From the human T2T-CHM13v2.0 reference genome, Homo sapiens: a stretch of 64,000 nt of DNA. Positions 37,345-54,652 of the stretch are shown here, piece by piece. The notes below the pieces were generated by a model. That model was not told the DNA's origin and did no database searches. It was given only the letters and a program-made list of their open reading frames with translations. A program made the translations under genes and the position numbers. The stretch is from assembly GCF_009914755.1 (NCBI RefSeq), contig NC_060936.1; one strand, 5' to 3'. Positions within the stretch are counted from its first letter, which is position 1. Each line of letters starts with the position of its first letter.

Positions 37345-37643
37345 GGCCAGGTGTGGTGGTTCATGACTGTAATACCAGCACTTTGAGAGGCCGAGGTGGG
37401 AGGATCACTTCAGCCCAGGAGTTAAAAACCAGCCCGGGCAATCTAGGCAGACCTTGTCTTTACAAAAAAATTGTTTTAATTAGCTAGGCACAGTTATGTG
37501 TGCCTGTAATCCCAGCTACTTGGAAGGCTGAGGCAGGATGCTTACATGAGTCCAGGAGTTGGAGGTTGCCATGAGCTATGATCATGCCACTCCACTCCAT
37601 CCTGGACAACAGTGTGAGACTCTGTCTTAAAAAAACAAAAAAA
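37345..37643 (+). mobile_element. Alu (AluJ)
   Basis: Diverged dimer. Confidence 0.93.
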
Positions 37644-37894
37644 GATACAAAGCCATAGACTAGTCTTTCAATTAATATCAATACTAAATAAATTATTAAT
37701 AAGCAGAATCCAACGGCAATTTATGACTATGAAGGTTTTTTTCTCCTATGAATATATGGATGGCTCAACTCTAGAAAAATCTAATAATATTTATTGTCTA
37801 TCAAATGATCATCTCCATGGATGCTAAAAAGGAATGTGACAAAATTCAACAATGATCCTAGATAATAAAACAAAGAAACTTTCAATAAAAGAAA

Positions 37895-38490
37895 TGTTGA
37901 CCATAAAGCCAAACTTCATAAAATATTTAAAGAAGTTTATTCTGAGCCAATATGAATGACCATGGCTCAGGTTACAGTTTGGTTTTAGACACTGGGGAGT
38001 GGGGAATGCTTGAGTGAAGACAAGGTGGGTTGTGGAAGCCAAGGTTCTTGTTTTGTAGATGGAGCCTCCAGGTAGCTGCCTTAGAGAGAATAGATGGTAC
38101 ATATCTCTTTTCAGAACATAACAGTGTCAGATTCTCATTTAATCTCTCCTAGATCTGGGAAAGACCTAAAAACAGAAGGAGATTCTTTACAGACACAAAC
38201 TTCCTCATGAAAGACAGGTTTTCAGGGCCATTGCAAAATATGTTAAGAAAATATATTTTGGGGTAAAATATTTTTATTGCCTTCAGGATCTGCTATCTGT
38301 TATGTGATGGTATATCAGAGTTGGGTTGGAATTTGCTATTTTATTGCCAAAGCATCTGTTTTATCAGACTTATGCTCTGTATTTTAACAGTAATGCTGGT
38401 CAGTTAAGCCCAAACTCCGAAAGAAAAGGGGGTATAATGAGGCATGTCCAACTTCTCTTCCCCTTCATAGCCTGAAATTTAGTTTAGTTT
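37895..38490 (-). mobile_element. MER4-family LTR
   Basis: 'tgttgacc...aaatatttaaagaagtttattctgagccaatatgaatgaccatggc...gggtataatgaggcatgtcc'. Confidence 0.78.
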
Positions 38491-38783
38491 GTGGTTGTTG
38501 TTCTGAGACAAGGTCTCACTCTGTCACCCAGGCTGGAGTGCAGTGGTGATCATGGCTCACTTCAGCCTTGAACTCCTGGGCTCTAGTGATCCTCCAGCCT
38601 CAGCCTCTGGAGTAGCTGGGACTACAGGCATGTGCCACCACACCCAGCTAATTTTTTAAATTTTTTGTAGAGATGGAGTCTTGCTCCGTAGTCCAGGCTG
38701 GTCTCAAACTCCTGGCCTCAAGCTATCCTTCCACTTTGGCCTCCCAAAGTGTTGGGACTACAGGTGTGAGCCACCCTGCCCAG
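38490..38783 (-). mobile_element. Alu (AluJ)
   Basis: Antisense dimer. Confidence 0.94.
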
Positions 38784-39029
38784 ACAAATATCTAAATTAT
38801 TTGACAAAAAATTTTATTACTATACAACCACAAAAATTCTAGAAGATCTGAGGACATAATTTTTTTGTAACCTTGGAGAAACAAAAACTTTCCACTAAAA
38901 ACTTATAGAACATTTAACTATATGATAGAGTAAATTTCCTGAAGACTATAAAATACCAAATTGATTTAAGAAGAGCTAGAATCTGACTAGAGCAATAATC
39001 ATTAAATAATTGAAAAGGCACTCAGCACT

Positions 39030-39786
39030 TACGGGGGCCAGCCTACAAGACGTTCTCAAATAAACTTTTGCCTCCTACTATCAGGCCCTCTCTGAATCAG
39101 GGCTAAATCAGAGATGGCCCAGTGACCAATAGAATAAGAAAAAAAGTGACAGTGTGTGACTTCCAAGAATAGGTCATTAAAAGACATTGTGTCTTTTATC
39201 ATGCTCTTTTTAACTGCTTACTCTAGGGCAAGCTTGTTCAACCTGCAGCCTATGGGTGCATGTGGCCCAGAATGGCTTTGAATATGGCCAACACAAATTC
39301 ATAAACTTTCTTAAAAAATTAAGAGTTTTTTTTTTTTTTTTTAGCTCATCAGTTATCGTTAGTGCTAGTGTATTTTATGTGTTGCCTAAGACAATTCTCC
39401 TTCTTCCAGTGTGGCCCAGGGAAGTCAAAAGATGGCTTCCCTGCAGTCTAGGGGAAGCCAGGCACCATGCTATGAGGACACTCAAGCAGTCCTTTGGAGA
39501 GACCCATGAGAAAAGGAACAGAGGTTCCTGGCCAATAGCCAGCACTGACTTGGCAGTCATGTTAGTGAGACATTTTGATCCATCAGCCCCAATAAAGCTT
39601 TGTGATCACTGTGGACCCAGCCAACATCTAAGTGCAACCTCATGAGAAACCTTAAGCCAGAACCACATAACTGAGCTGCTCCCAAATTCCTGACTCACAG
39701 AATCAATGAGATAATGAATGGTTATTGTTGTTTTAGGCCATTGAGTTTTGGGATAATTTCTAACACAGCAATAGATAAACAATACA
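39030..39786 (+). mobile_element. MLT1 (MLT1F-like) solo LTR
   Basis: 'gaccaatagaat...gtgtgacttccaag', 'aggacactcaagcag', ends 'cacagcaatagataaacaataca'. Confidence 0.8.
39229..39445. mobile_element. MER30 (hAT-Charlie MITE) nested in MLT1
   Basis: 'caagcttgttcaacc...ttagctcatcagttatcgttagtg...gtggcccagggaagtcaaaagat'; 8-bp flanks ctctaggg/gtctaggg. Confidence 0.85.
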
Positions 39787-40745
39787 GAACTCTACCTCTA
39801 AAAAAGGCACTAAACCAATATAGCTTTAATAAACTTCTTTTGGGCCTTCAAGAAATTGACCATATTTATGCTACTTAAACCCTTCTTGGGCCAAAAAAAA
39901 AAAAAAAGTATTTCTAATGCATTCTGTGAAATAAACATAACTCTGATATCAAAACCAGACCAGGTATAGTATCCAGACAAATAACCAAATGGACAGATAG
40001 CCAGAAACCTAGAGAGATAAGCAATCAAACATTTAAGCTATCTCAGCTATGACCATATGTACAGGTATCTTAATTAAAATATTTGTAAAGTTGATCCAGC
40101 AGTGTATTAAGATAACAAAACATTATAATTAGAGTTTGATTGAATTAGTTCATCACTCAAAAAATGTATCATTGTAATTCACTACATTAGCATATCAATA
40201 AAGTTTATAATAATATCAATAGACAGTAAAAAAAAATCACTTGATAAAATTCAGCAGCAATTACATTGACCACATCTTAGTAAACTAAGATTAGAAATAA
40301 ACCTGGAAAAGGGTGAAAGCTGAAACTCAATAAGTCCAACGCATAATGTAAATCATTCAAAGAATTCCTATTTAAATTAGAAGAAAATCAAATATTTCCT
40401 CTAACAACACTATTATTGAAAAATTGTACTTGAAATTTTACCCAATTTAATTAACTCAGAAAAAGGGAAATATTAAGAAGGAAGAAACAAAACTGACTTT
40501 GAGAGTATAGAGTTGAAACTATAGCACTAAGTCTACAGGTAAAATTAATCAAAAAAAGCAAAAGAGAGAGAGGTTAAGGGAGTTTAATATGGTGTCTCAA
40601 TAAAAGGTCAATGTACAAAAATTAAAGAAATAATAAATTTGGAAATAACATACAAAAAGTCTCATTTACAACAGCAGAAAAGTATAAAACACTTAGGAAT
40701 AGAGATAACAATAAGTGGGTACACTTGTACTAAGAAAACTAGAGT

Positions 40746-40880
40746 GGCTGGGTGCAGTGGCTAACGCCTGTAATCTCAATACTTTGGGAGGCCAAGACAG
40801 GAGGACTGCTTATGGTTAGAAGTTTAAGACCAGCTTGGGCAACAAAGCAAGACCCTGTTTCTACAAAAAATAAAAATAAA
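40746..40880 (+). mobile_element. FLAM
   Basis: Left monomer; TSD-like 'gaaaactaga'. Confidence 0.88.
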
Positions 40881-40948
40881 TTTTAAAAAATTAAGAAAGG
40901 AAAACTAGAAAACTGTTTTCAAAGATACAAAAGACATGAGTAAATTAA

Positions 40949-42580
<1,632 letters not shown>

Positions 42581-43062
42581 GAAAGTTTATATGAAAGAGA
42601 AATTGGTTGGTAAAAGCTGCCTATTTTTGGAAATTAAAAAAAGTAGAGAAGGGAACCTTGTCCTACCAGATAATAAAACACGCTATAAAGCTATAGTAAT
42701 TAAAACAGTGTGGTATCAGTGCAGAAGAACAGTATCGACAAATAGTATCAATGTAACAGTAAGTTCAGAATAGACATTGTTTGAATCATAATCCTGTTTA
42801 TAATACAGGAAACATTTCAAATAAGCAAAAACTGAACTATAAAATAAATGGTGTTGAAATCATTGGAGATTCATCCAGAAAGAAAACTATACTAACATCC
42901 TTGCCTCAAAGTATGCTATAAATGTTAAAAACAGAAGAACTGTGAAGAAAATATAGGGAATACTGTATATTCATAATCTTGGGTGAGGAAGACCAAGAAA
43001 AAGATATGCACTTGACCACATAAAAATTTAAAAATTTGATACTAAGAAAGAGATCATAAATG

Positions 43063-43350
<288 letters not shown>

Positions 43351-43501
43351 CATAAATAAAATTAGTAGACAAATGACATGCTAGGAAGAAAAGAATTTGC
43401 AACATATTTTACAGACAAATATTAATATTCCTATTATACAAAAAGTTTCTATAAATCAAAAATAAATATTTACCATCCTAGTTTAAAATATGGACAAAAG
43501 G

Positions 43502-43607
43502 GTGCTCATTTTGGTAATATACATACTAAAATTGGAATGATACAGAGAAGATTAACATGGCCCTGCACAAAAATGACTACAAATGCATGAAGTGTTCCAT
43601 ATTTTTT
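43502..43607 (+). pseudogene. U6 snRNA pseudogene (full length, diverged)
   Basis: 'gtgctc...atactaaaattggaatgatacagagaagattaacatggccc...tgaagtgttccatatttttt'; ACAGAGA box intact; upstream is L1 sequence, with no PSE/TATA recognised. Confidence 0.95.
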
Positions 43608-43669
43608 CATTTATTTCTAAAAATCTAAAGACCATAAATTGCTTAAATCTTTAAAATTGAGCCAGAGGT

Positions 43670-44139
<470 letters not shown>

Positions 44140-44180
44140 TGAACCCAACTTCCTGTTTTGAGCAATGGAAACTTTCTTCA

Positions 44181-44592
<412 letters not shown>

Positions 44593-44766
44593 TTACTGCC
44601 TTGAAACTCCTACAACTCAGCTAAACATTTTTGCTAACTGTCACCAGAGAATTCCCTTGGTTCCTTCAACTACTGAAACCTGGGCTTGCAACAGATTTCA
44701 TTCAAGTTTAATTTAGAGGAGAACACACAATAATCCACCATCTGTTAGTGTCAAGATACTGGTATA

Positions 44767-45553
44767 CAGTTGACCCTTGAACAACACTGGTTTGAGTTGC
44801 ACAGTTCCACTTAGATGCAGATTTTCTTCCCCACTGCCATCCCTGAGACAGCTAGACCAACCCTTTTTCTTCCTCCTCAGCCTACTCAAGGTGAAGACAA
44901 CAAAGATGAAGAACTTTATGATGATTCACTTCCATTTAATGAATAGTAAATGTATTTTCTCTTCCTTATGATTTTCTTAATAACATTTTCTCTAGCTTAC
45001 TTTATTGTAAGATAACAGTACATAATCCATATAACCTACAAAATATATGTTAACTGTGTGTGTTATTGGTAAGGCTTCTGGTCAACAGTAGGCTATCAGT
45101 AGTTAAGTTTTGGGGGAGTTTAAAGGTATGTTTGCCTTTTTCCCTTTTTTTTTTTTTTTTTTTGAGACAGAGTCTCGCTCTGTTGCTCAGGCTGTAGTGC
45201 AGTGGCTTGATCTTGGCTCACTGCAACTTCTGCCTCTTGGGTTCAAGTGATTCTCCCACCTCAGCCTCCCAAGTAGCTGGTTACAGGTGTGTGCCACCAT
45301 GCCTGGCTAATTTTTTATTTTTGTTTTTATTTTTTTAGTTGAGATGGGGTTTCACCACATTGGCCAAGCTGGTCTGGAACTCCTGGCCTCAAGTGATCTG
45401 CCCATCTTGGCCTCCCAAAGTGCTGGGATTAGAGGTGTGAGCCACTGCACCCGGCTTAAAAGTTATATTTGAACTTTTGATTGTGTAGGGGGTTGGTGCC
45501 TACACAATCCCCTAGATACTTGGTTGTGTATCATGTATCTCAGGTATCTACTG
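44767..45553 (+). mobile_element. Tigger2a (MER28-type) DNA transposon interrupted by an Alu
   Basis: TA|'cagttgacccttgaacaacac'...'ggtcaacagtaggcta...gggggagt' and a diverged 3' end '...ctactg'|TA. Confidence 0.85.
45137..45455 (-). mobile_element. Alu nested in Tigger2a
   Basis: Antisense dimer; flanks 'ttaaaggtatgttt'/'ttaaaagttatattt'. Confidence 0.95.
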
Positions 45554-45579
45554 TATTTTATAGGTATCAAAGCAACAAT

Positions 45580-45930
45580 GCAATTTATTTATTAATTTGT
45601 CAAATACTTTGTGTCTTCTATAAACCAGGCTGTTACAAATACAATGGCAAACAAAACTGGCAAGATCCTTGCTAATAAAGAAGTGAATAAACAAATTAGT
45701 AGCAACAAATACGGTAAGAAATAAATAACAAGATAATTTAAAATCATAGGCTGGGTGCAGTGGGGCATGCCTACAATGCCAGCACTTTGGGAGGCCATGG
45801 TGGGAGGTCACTTGAGCCCAGGAGTTCGAGGTCAGCCTGGGCAATATAATGAGACCCCCGTCTCAACTTTGTATTAAAAATTAAAAATAAAATAAAATAA
45901 TAGTAAGTGCAATTAAAGAAATAAAGTCAT
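45580..45930 (-). mobile_element. Probable L2 3' fragment, interrupted by a FLAM (+, 45749-45900)
   Basis: 'atttatttattaatttgtcaaatactttgtgtcttctataaaccaggc...atacaatggcaaacaaaac' resembles an antisense L2 end. Confidence 0.55.
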
Positions 45931-46044
45931 ATATTAGAGGTGTCCATGAAAAAATGAAATAAAGTAAGAAATTAAAATAGGAAAGTAAGAAAATGACATT
46001 TGATTTGAGTAATTATTATAAAAAAACCATTAATTTATAAAAAC

Positions 46045-46155
46045 ATATATATGGGCAAAGAGCAAGAACACACAATAAAGAAGAAATACAAAAGAACAGT
46101 ATGAAGAGATTCTTCACTTCACCAGTGGCAGGGAAATGCAAACAAAAATATTATA
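46045..46155 (+). mobile_element. L1M fragment (continuation)
   Basis: 'atgggcaaagagcaagaaca...aagaagaaatacaaa...atgaagagattcttcacttcacc...agggaaatgcaaa'. Confidence 0.7.
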
Positions 46156-46816
46156 AACTACTGCATGCTTACTTTAGAGGAAGCACAGAACAGTTCAGAA
46201 GGCTGCTCTTGTTTCTGACACTAAGTGCATTCTGACCCAAAACAATAATGGCCACAGTTTGGTTCACCTGGGTAGCACCTGCTACTCATAGAAGGACTTC
46301 TATCAATCACCCCTGCTGTCACTGTTTCAGTTTGTGAGGCATGTTGTGACCAGGGCCAGCTCCTTGGGCAATCTGTTTCACACAATCACAGCAAATTGAG
46401 AGGCACTGGGCAATCAGAGACACGGGCTGAGATTTAATTCTCACTGGTATTCAGGTGAGCTGGGACCTGCCCTGTTCAAATCTGCACTCTTTGTTCTTCA
46501 AATACAGAACAAGAGTGGTAGGAGAGTAGTTGGCAAAGCTCGTTAAGATGTGTCACAACACCTGAAGTATCACCCTTTCTCTTGAAAACTGGAAAACGGT
46601 ATCTGGTCACAAGGCCAGCAATTAATGTCAATCTGCAGAAACAAACAGCCAAAAACAAAAACAACAATATAACAACAAAAAAAAAAACAACAAAAAACAG
46701 AGGCAGAGAAACTGATAATCACACCTTCCCAAATTAATGTTGTCTACATGCTAATTTTTTTCAATTAAATTTATCCTCTAATTCAAATTGACAATTTAAA
46801 GGTAAATCACCATTAG

Positions 46817-47085
<269 letters not shown>

Positions 47086-47169
47086 TCTGTTTATGTTTTA
47101 AAGCTCTCTTGAGAGGTGAGGAAACATATACTACTTAATTTTCTTTTTCAGAATGAAGGAAACAGGCTA

Positions 47170-47360
47170 AATGCATGACAGCATTCTATTTCTAGACTCT
47201 CCCATGTCCCTGCTCCCTTCTCCCAGAAATTCTTAAACATGCACAAAGGAGATACATACAATGATGTTCACTAAAGCGCTATTCATAATAGTGAAAATGA
47301 GGAGATAACTGCCCATCAGAATGGAAAAAAAAGTTTAATCATACGGATTATTATTTAGCA
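47170..47360 (+). mobile_element. L1ME-like 3' fragment
   Basis: 'cccagaaattcttaaacatgcacaaaggagatacatacaatgatgttcactaaagcgctattcataatagtgaaaa'. Confidence 0.7.
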
Positions 47361-47689
47361 GTTTTTCAGAATCACAACTAACAATTAAAAAGGGCTTGCC
47401 ATGTGCCCTGCCCTGATGTGAGAACCTTATGTATATTCAGTCATTTTATGTTATGAGAGTTAATGAACTCGAAAGTGTCAAATGCTTACAACTGTGCCTG
47501 GTCCATAGTAAGCCCTTAGAAAATCTCAGCTGGGGTTTTTACCTTGTTTTTAATGCACTATTTTTTTTTTGTACAATAGCATCATTGTAATACCACCTGT
47601 ATATTATTATCCCCATTGAGAGAAAAGAAAAGTAGGACACAAAGAGGTTAAGCTACTTGCCCAAAGCATTTGCTTTCTCGGGGTTCAAA

Positions 47690-47905
47690 AGCAGACAAGA
47701 AGGCTCCAGCCCAGAAGCTTCCTGCCAGAAAGCCACAGGCCAGAAGGCAGCACCTCCTCCGAAAGTTCAAGAAGGGTCAAAAAGCTGCAGCCCAGAAAGC
47801 ACCTGCTCCAAAGTCATGTGGCAAAAAAGCATAAGAGGTGATTATAGAAGTAAATGAAGGTTCTTTTTGGCATGCTGGCAAAAAAAGAAACAAACAAACA
47901 ACAAC
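47690..47905 (+). pseudogene. 3' fragment of a processed RPL14 pseudogene, inside a MIR
   Basis: Frameshifted [44 protein letters not shown] (TAA 47832-47834) matches the RPL14 C-terminal repeat tail as recalled; 3' UTR 'aaggttctttttg' and an A-rich tail. Confidence 0.88.
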
Positions 47906-48300
47906 AAAGCCATGATAGAAATCCTTGGTTCTAAGATTATCAGTATCCTCTCCATGCATACTATCTCTTTACATTCTTCTTCCTTTCTTCAGCTTTCCCA
48001 TGACCAATGATAAAGCACAGATTTTGGATACTAGTCAAATAAACTGGACAGAAAGTAATAAAGTTTTTTCTGCCATCGTCTCCCAGAAGAGTGAAGAAAT
48101 GAGGAAAACACAGTGAAACCTCATTATACAGCATCTTCCTACAGATGTAGTGGGACCAATCCCCTCCCCACACGCATAGCACCCCGTTATAACACAAAGC
48201 AGAGATCCCCCTGGCATTCTATCAGAGTTCTGATGGATGTATTTTTCTGAAGGATGTCTAGGCAGTGTGACTTGGCATTCTGCCCAGGGAGTGAGGGATG

Positions 48301-48302
48301 TA

Positions 48303-48343
<41 letters not shown>

Positions 48344-48352
48344 GTGGGTGTA
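48301..48352. repeat. (TG)n microsatellite within a MER5-like relic
   Basis: TG run followed by 'tgcatttgaagaagtttccccagatgattctga'. Confidence 0.85.
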
Positions 48353-48910
48353 TACATGCATTTGAAGAAGTTTCCCCAGATGATTCTGACCTCCCTGCAA
48401 TATACTATGAGACCAAGAAGCCATAGCTTTTAAAAAGTGTAAAATCACATTTACAGAAGCATCACACCCCAGGAAAGGAATGTCATTTCTGATTTGCAAA
48501 GCTCACAGGAAGGGAGAGAAGACTTTCATCTGTCATTCCTTGAGATTCTGAGGCAAGGGACCTTGCTACATCTGCTGAGAGAAAGCCACTTTGTTCATCT
48601 TGAATTTCCATCACCATCACAGAGAAGCTGTAGGCCAAACTTGTTCTTTCATTCCCCTATCATCAGATAAAATAATCTAAATTAAACACAAAGATGTTAA
48701 ATGTAAATGTACATACTCCCAAGCTAACAATGTAATATGATTTGTGAAAAGAGCTATTCTATATTGATCATAAGCCTTTAGGTGAGGCCTGTGAGGAGGG
48801 CATGGACTTGGGGCTGGGGTACAAGCAATGGTTTTCATATCACGGAGAATTGGGATGCCATTAACCGTGTAAAATAATCATTCCAAGTGAATGTATGGTA
48901 CACCTGCATT

Positions 48911-49174
<264 letters not shown>

Positions 49175-49988
49175 TTATAAAAAAATAATCAATTCCTTTG
49201 GTCAGGTAAAGTTCTCTCATTTATGAATTATTAATAATGATATCTAAAAATGTTTTTATCTCCAGTGCCCAAAGCACTGAGCAGTTGAATTCCGGTTTCT
49301 CCTCAGACTGCCTTGTTTTAATAGACAGAAGATACTACGGAGCATCCACTTCCCACACAGAAATAAAGGCACTTGTACGTATCACCTTTTTGTCACCATT
49401 TGAACCACTAAAATGCTGTTTGAAAATTTAGTGATGATCAGAATCTTTTCAAGGGAAACCTTACAAAATATGGGTGCCCAGGCATCACCCATCTCCCAGC
49501 TATGTGTTCAGACATGGTGGGAATGAAAACCCACAGCCTATGAAGATGGGGTTAGGCTTATTCTTCGCTCTTTGTGGATGTATCATGTCTAGATTTGCTC
49601 AAGTTTTCAGCATTCTTGGGGCACTAACCTAAAAATCTCTTGGAAGATTGCAGAGGTTATAAGGTTGAACTCAGTGTAGCTGTCCTCCAAGCTGCATACC
49701 CCAGAGGGAAATTTATGAAGATATTAAGTCTATATAACAGCATCAGAGAAAAAAGGAAGTTGGTCATTTGGTGAACACTCCATTAACGACCGTTATTAAC
49801 TTCTTACTATATGTTCTAGATTGTAATAGGAACTGGGAAAAATGGAAGAAAACTCTCAGACCATTACTTAAACAAGTACAATTAGAAAATAAGATATTAA
49901 AAAATCATCTCAAGCTTCTTCTTGATTTCTATATTGCTAAGGTTAGAAACCCACCAGAAGGATTACTTTATCAAGAAAACATCATGGA

Positions 49989-50359
<371 letters not shown>

Positions 50360-50934
50360 TCATGGGAAAGACTGCGACAGGCGGTCTAAACTACACTGCA
50401 TATTCAAATATTGGGAAGCTTTGGTTTTCTCAGGATTGCTTACAGGCTGAGAGGCTTAGGAATCCTGGGATTTAAAGAAGAGTTGAGAAAAAGTTTCCAG
50501 GATGCTGGTATGTATGTCCCTAAAGCAAAATAACCAAAGAGAATTTCAGGGGCAAGAATGGCTGAAGAAATTCAAAAACTGTGGTAGCTAAAATCTGTGT
50601 GCTGTGACATCCTGCTCTACAACAGCCCTGTGTGAGTGGTGCTTAGTACTCGATGGAGTGGGGACTGTGTCAGCAATGTTGGGAAGACAGCAGCGGGATC
50701 AGGAACAGGAGAGGAAGGGCTAAGGATTGAACTTATTTGATGTTAATATTAATATTCACTAGGACCATGAATCCTTTTAAGTATTTCTGCTTATGTTTTA
50801 GAGCGAATCAGCTGAATTTTTAAAAAGGTTACCATTAAACTGACACCTAACTATGCATGTTTCTAATATGAATTTTTTATAATATCAGATTCTAGAATAA
50901 AGCATAATATATCCAGGAGGAGAGGTAATTGAGG

Positions 50935-51090
50935 CCGTGGACTAAACTGAAGCAGACCTGGGTTGAAATTCTGGCTCTTGGCCTTCATTTTCTCATCCAT
51001 TCACTATTGTGAGGATGGAATGAGAGGTTCTAAGTTTCAGCACTGAGCACGGCTGGTGCATGGTAAGCATTCAATAATGGGAATCATTAT
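50935..51090 (+). mobile_element. MIR
   Basis: 'cagacctgggttgaaattctggctct...ttgtgaggatggaatgag...catggtaagcattcaataa'. Confidence 0.8.
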
Positions 51091-51234
51091 TGTGACCTTT
51101 AATGGGTTCAGGAGAAATTTCCTTTGATCCAATTCTGAGACATTGGAAGAATTCCTTTGTCAAGATGTTTATACCATCAGAAAGATAATTATTTTTTCTT
51201 AAAAATATTGTTTTATATTAAAAACATATAACTA

Positions 51235-51825
51235 TTGTCAGGGCTTTTCTGACTGCAAGTAACAGAAACCTCAACTTAAACAAGCTTAAGGGAAAAGGGA
51301 ATTTATTGATTTTAACAACGAAAACACCAGGGGCCTTCAATCTCATTAGATAAATGAGTTCAAAAATGTCAAGAGTCCCTCCCTCTCTCTCTCTCTCTCT
51401 CTCTCCCACTCTCTCTCAGTTCTACCATTTTCTGTTGGAATTTGGCATCAGACTGACCCTACCCATGTCGTGGTCACTGTCACTGTCAGGCTTAGATTGC
51501 CCAAACTTGATATCTAGGAGAAAGAGACCTTCTTCCATTTGTTCTCACAAAAGTTTCATAATTGAGTCTCATTGACATTGAATGAGTCATGAACCCATCA
51601 CTGAACCAACCCATGGGCTAGAATAGTGGGATACCCTGACTGAATAGGCCTGGGACACATGCCCACCCTTGGAGATAAGGGGAGGTGACTTACTCATAAC
51701 ACATGGATGGAGAGTGGGAAGGGAGTGGGAATGAAGGTAAAATTTTTTTACCCTAAAAAAATTTGAGTATTGTCACAAGAAAAATGAGAAATGGATGCTG
51801 TGCAGACAAAAACACAGACATTCAC
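51235..51825 (-). mobile_element. Old MLT1 (J/K-like) LTR
   Basis: 'gactgcaagtaacagaaacctcaactt...gggaatttattg', 'gagtcatgaacccatcactgaaccaa'. Confidence 0.65.
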
Positions 51826-51951
51826 AAAAACCTTGAATGGCACTGGTCTTAGAGGAGAGGGACAACATTATGTACCACAAGCACATAATGAATAGGACTG
51901 GACAATGGACCAAATCTGTGTTGTGGAAGGCACTTAATAATGGCATTTTTA

Positions 51952-52360
<409 letters not shown>

Positions 52361-52404
52361 CTAGGTTTCTTAGTATGTCCTATTTTTTGTTTTGTTTTGC
52401 TTTT

Positions 52405-52828
52405 TGTCTTAGTCCATTTTATGGTGCTATAACAGAATACCACAGACTGGTTAATTTATAAACAATGGAAGTTTATTTGGCTTATATTTCTGGAGGCTTG
52501 GAAGTCCAAGAATGAGAGGCTGCATCTGGTGAGGGCCTTCTTGCTGCGTCATAACACGGTAACAGGTATCACATGGTGAGAGAGCATGTGAGAGCAAGCA
52601 AGAGAGGGCCAAACTTTTATAACAACCCACTTTTTATAGTCCACGTTTATAACAAACCCACTCTTAAAATAACAAACCCATTCCTGCGATAATGGCATTA
52701 ATTTATTCATGGGGGCAGCATCCTCATGACCTAATAATCTCTTAAAGGTTCCATCTTTCAACGCTGATGTATTGGGGGTTAAGTTTCTAGCATATGAACT
52801 TTGGGGGACACATTCAAAGCTAGCAGCA
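52405..52828 (-). mobile_element. MST-family (MaLR) solo LTR
   Basis: 'TGtcttagtccatttt...gctataacagaataccacagactgg...ctttgggggacacattcaaagctagcagCA'. Confidence 0.88.
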
Positions 52829-53719
52829 TCTTACCTTTGTATTTATTTTTACTTATGCTATTCTAGTAGGAAAATTTTTTTGTGTCTCTTCACATGAAGG
52901 ATAAATATTTTTAGAGGCAGCTAAAAGAATTTTCTCCCCTTGAAGCACAGATTTCTTTCCTTTTTAACCTCTTTTTGCCTTCACTTTTCATATCTCCATG
53001 TATTCTCTCAAGACTCATATATTCAACGTGTGGTAAGAAGGATACCACTAAGAAAAGATAAACTGCATATAGTTATTATGGCTGACGGATCTATGTAATT
53101 ATAGACTGTTAAGCACATTACAGTTGAGGAAAGCCACAGAATGTTGGTAGAACTCAAGACAGGAGAATATTGGTGTGTTTGGAATGTATATTATTTTATT
53201 CTGCGATGGCATAGCTCTCTGTGCATTTGTTAACAATTTCTTTTTTTAAGCCCAGTGGCAAGAAGAGCTTCTTGTTATATGGTCATAATGTTGAAAATTG
53301 TAATATATGCTGCAAGAATGCAACTCCAGTACTGTGGAAAGAATTCCTCTTTTGGAATTTACAGGAATCACAGTCGAAGAACAGAGAAAGGTGAATAAGG
53401 AAGCAAACTGAGCTGATATGATATTTCCTTCAGCTCAGGACTGGCCAACATCTTTATTTGGTACAAAGAACAGTGCCAGATGACAATCCTACAGAGGAAT
53501 TTGAAAGAAAATCTCCAGCGGAGGGTGAGATTTGAAATGCAGAGTCAGTGAGCCAACTTCTGATAGTCCAGGCAGCCAGGTCAACTGCAATGCCTACAGG
53601 TGAGGTTGGGCTTCACTAATAACACCTAAACCATCAAAATCACCTGGAGGAGCATTTAAAAGGTGGACTCCTGGTTCTACTCCAGATGCATTGAATCCAA
53701 ATGGGGATGAGGCAATAAG

Positions 53720-53935
53720 TCTGTGCCAAGCACTGTTCTAGGCACTTTTATTATTCTGGACACTATTATTATCATAGTCCCTATTATTTTATTAATTCAA
53801 CCATTGCATTTGTCAGGTATTGGCCCCTTTTTACAGGTGAAGAAGCTGAGGCTCAGAGAGGTTGAGTAACTGGCATCGAGTCACAGAGCTGTGACTCCAA
53901 CCAAAGTCTGCTTCTAGCGCCTTTGTAACCCTTGC
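53720..53935 (-). mobile_element. MIR
   Basis: 'ttttacaggtgaagaagctgaggctcagagaggttgagtaact'. Confidence 0.82.
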
Positions 53936-54077
53936 ACTCTGCCAGAACTGGAAATGAGGTAATGGAGACATACTCAAACTTATAGTTGTGTTATTTTTAA
54001 AATAATAAATATTATTATTTAGTGCCCAGAAACATGTATTCTTTTTCTGATGCCATTTATTGCACATGTAACCTTTT

Positions 54078-54232
54078 TAGAAATAAACTTTATTTTTAGA
54101 GCAGTTTTAGATTTTCAGAAAAATGCAAAAAATTGTACAGATAGCTAGGTCCCATACATACTGCACCCAGCTTCCCCATTGTTAACATCTAACATTAGTA
54201 TATTTGTTACCATTAATGAATCAATATTATTT
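54078..54232 (-). mobile_element. L1MC-like 3' end
   Basis: 'actttatttttagagcagttttagattttcagaaaaa...gttaacatctaacattag'. Confidence 0.7.
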
Positions 54233-54362
54233 AGAGTCAGCAGAACTGTATGCAAGACTCAGGGTTATCTCTTATGGCTTGAGCGGTCTTGGAAAAGAAA
54301 CATAATCTGTTGAATCTTAATTTACTCATCTCTAAAATATAAGTAATAATAATAAAGATTTT

Positions 54363-54652
54363 GGCCAGGTGTGGTGGCTCACACCTGTAACCCCAGCACT
54401 TTGGCAGGCCAAGGCGGGCGGATCTTTTGGGGTCAGGAGTTCGAGGCCTGCCTGTCCAACATGGTAAACCCTGTCTCTACCAGAAATACAAAAAATTAGC
54501 TGGATGTGGTGGCATGCACCTGTAATCCCAGCTACTGGGGAGGAGAATTGCTTGAACCGAGGAGGCCAAGGTTGCAATGAGCCGAGACTGTGCTGCTGCA
54601 CTCCAGCCTGGGTGACAGAGTGAGACTCCACCTCAAATAATAATAATAATAA
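54363..54652 (+). mobile_element. Alu
   Basis: Dimer with (TAA)n tail. Confidence 0.95.

Noticed and set aside
43502-43607. Functional U6 snRNA gene
   Set aside because: Many substitutions (including the AGC triad region reading AAC) and no recognisable upstream Pol III type-3 promoter.
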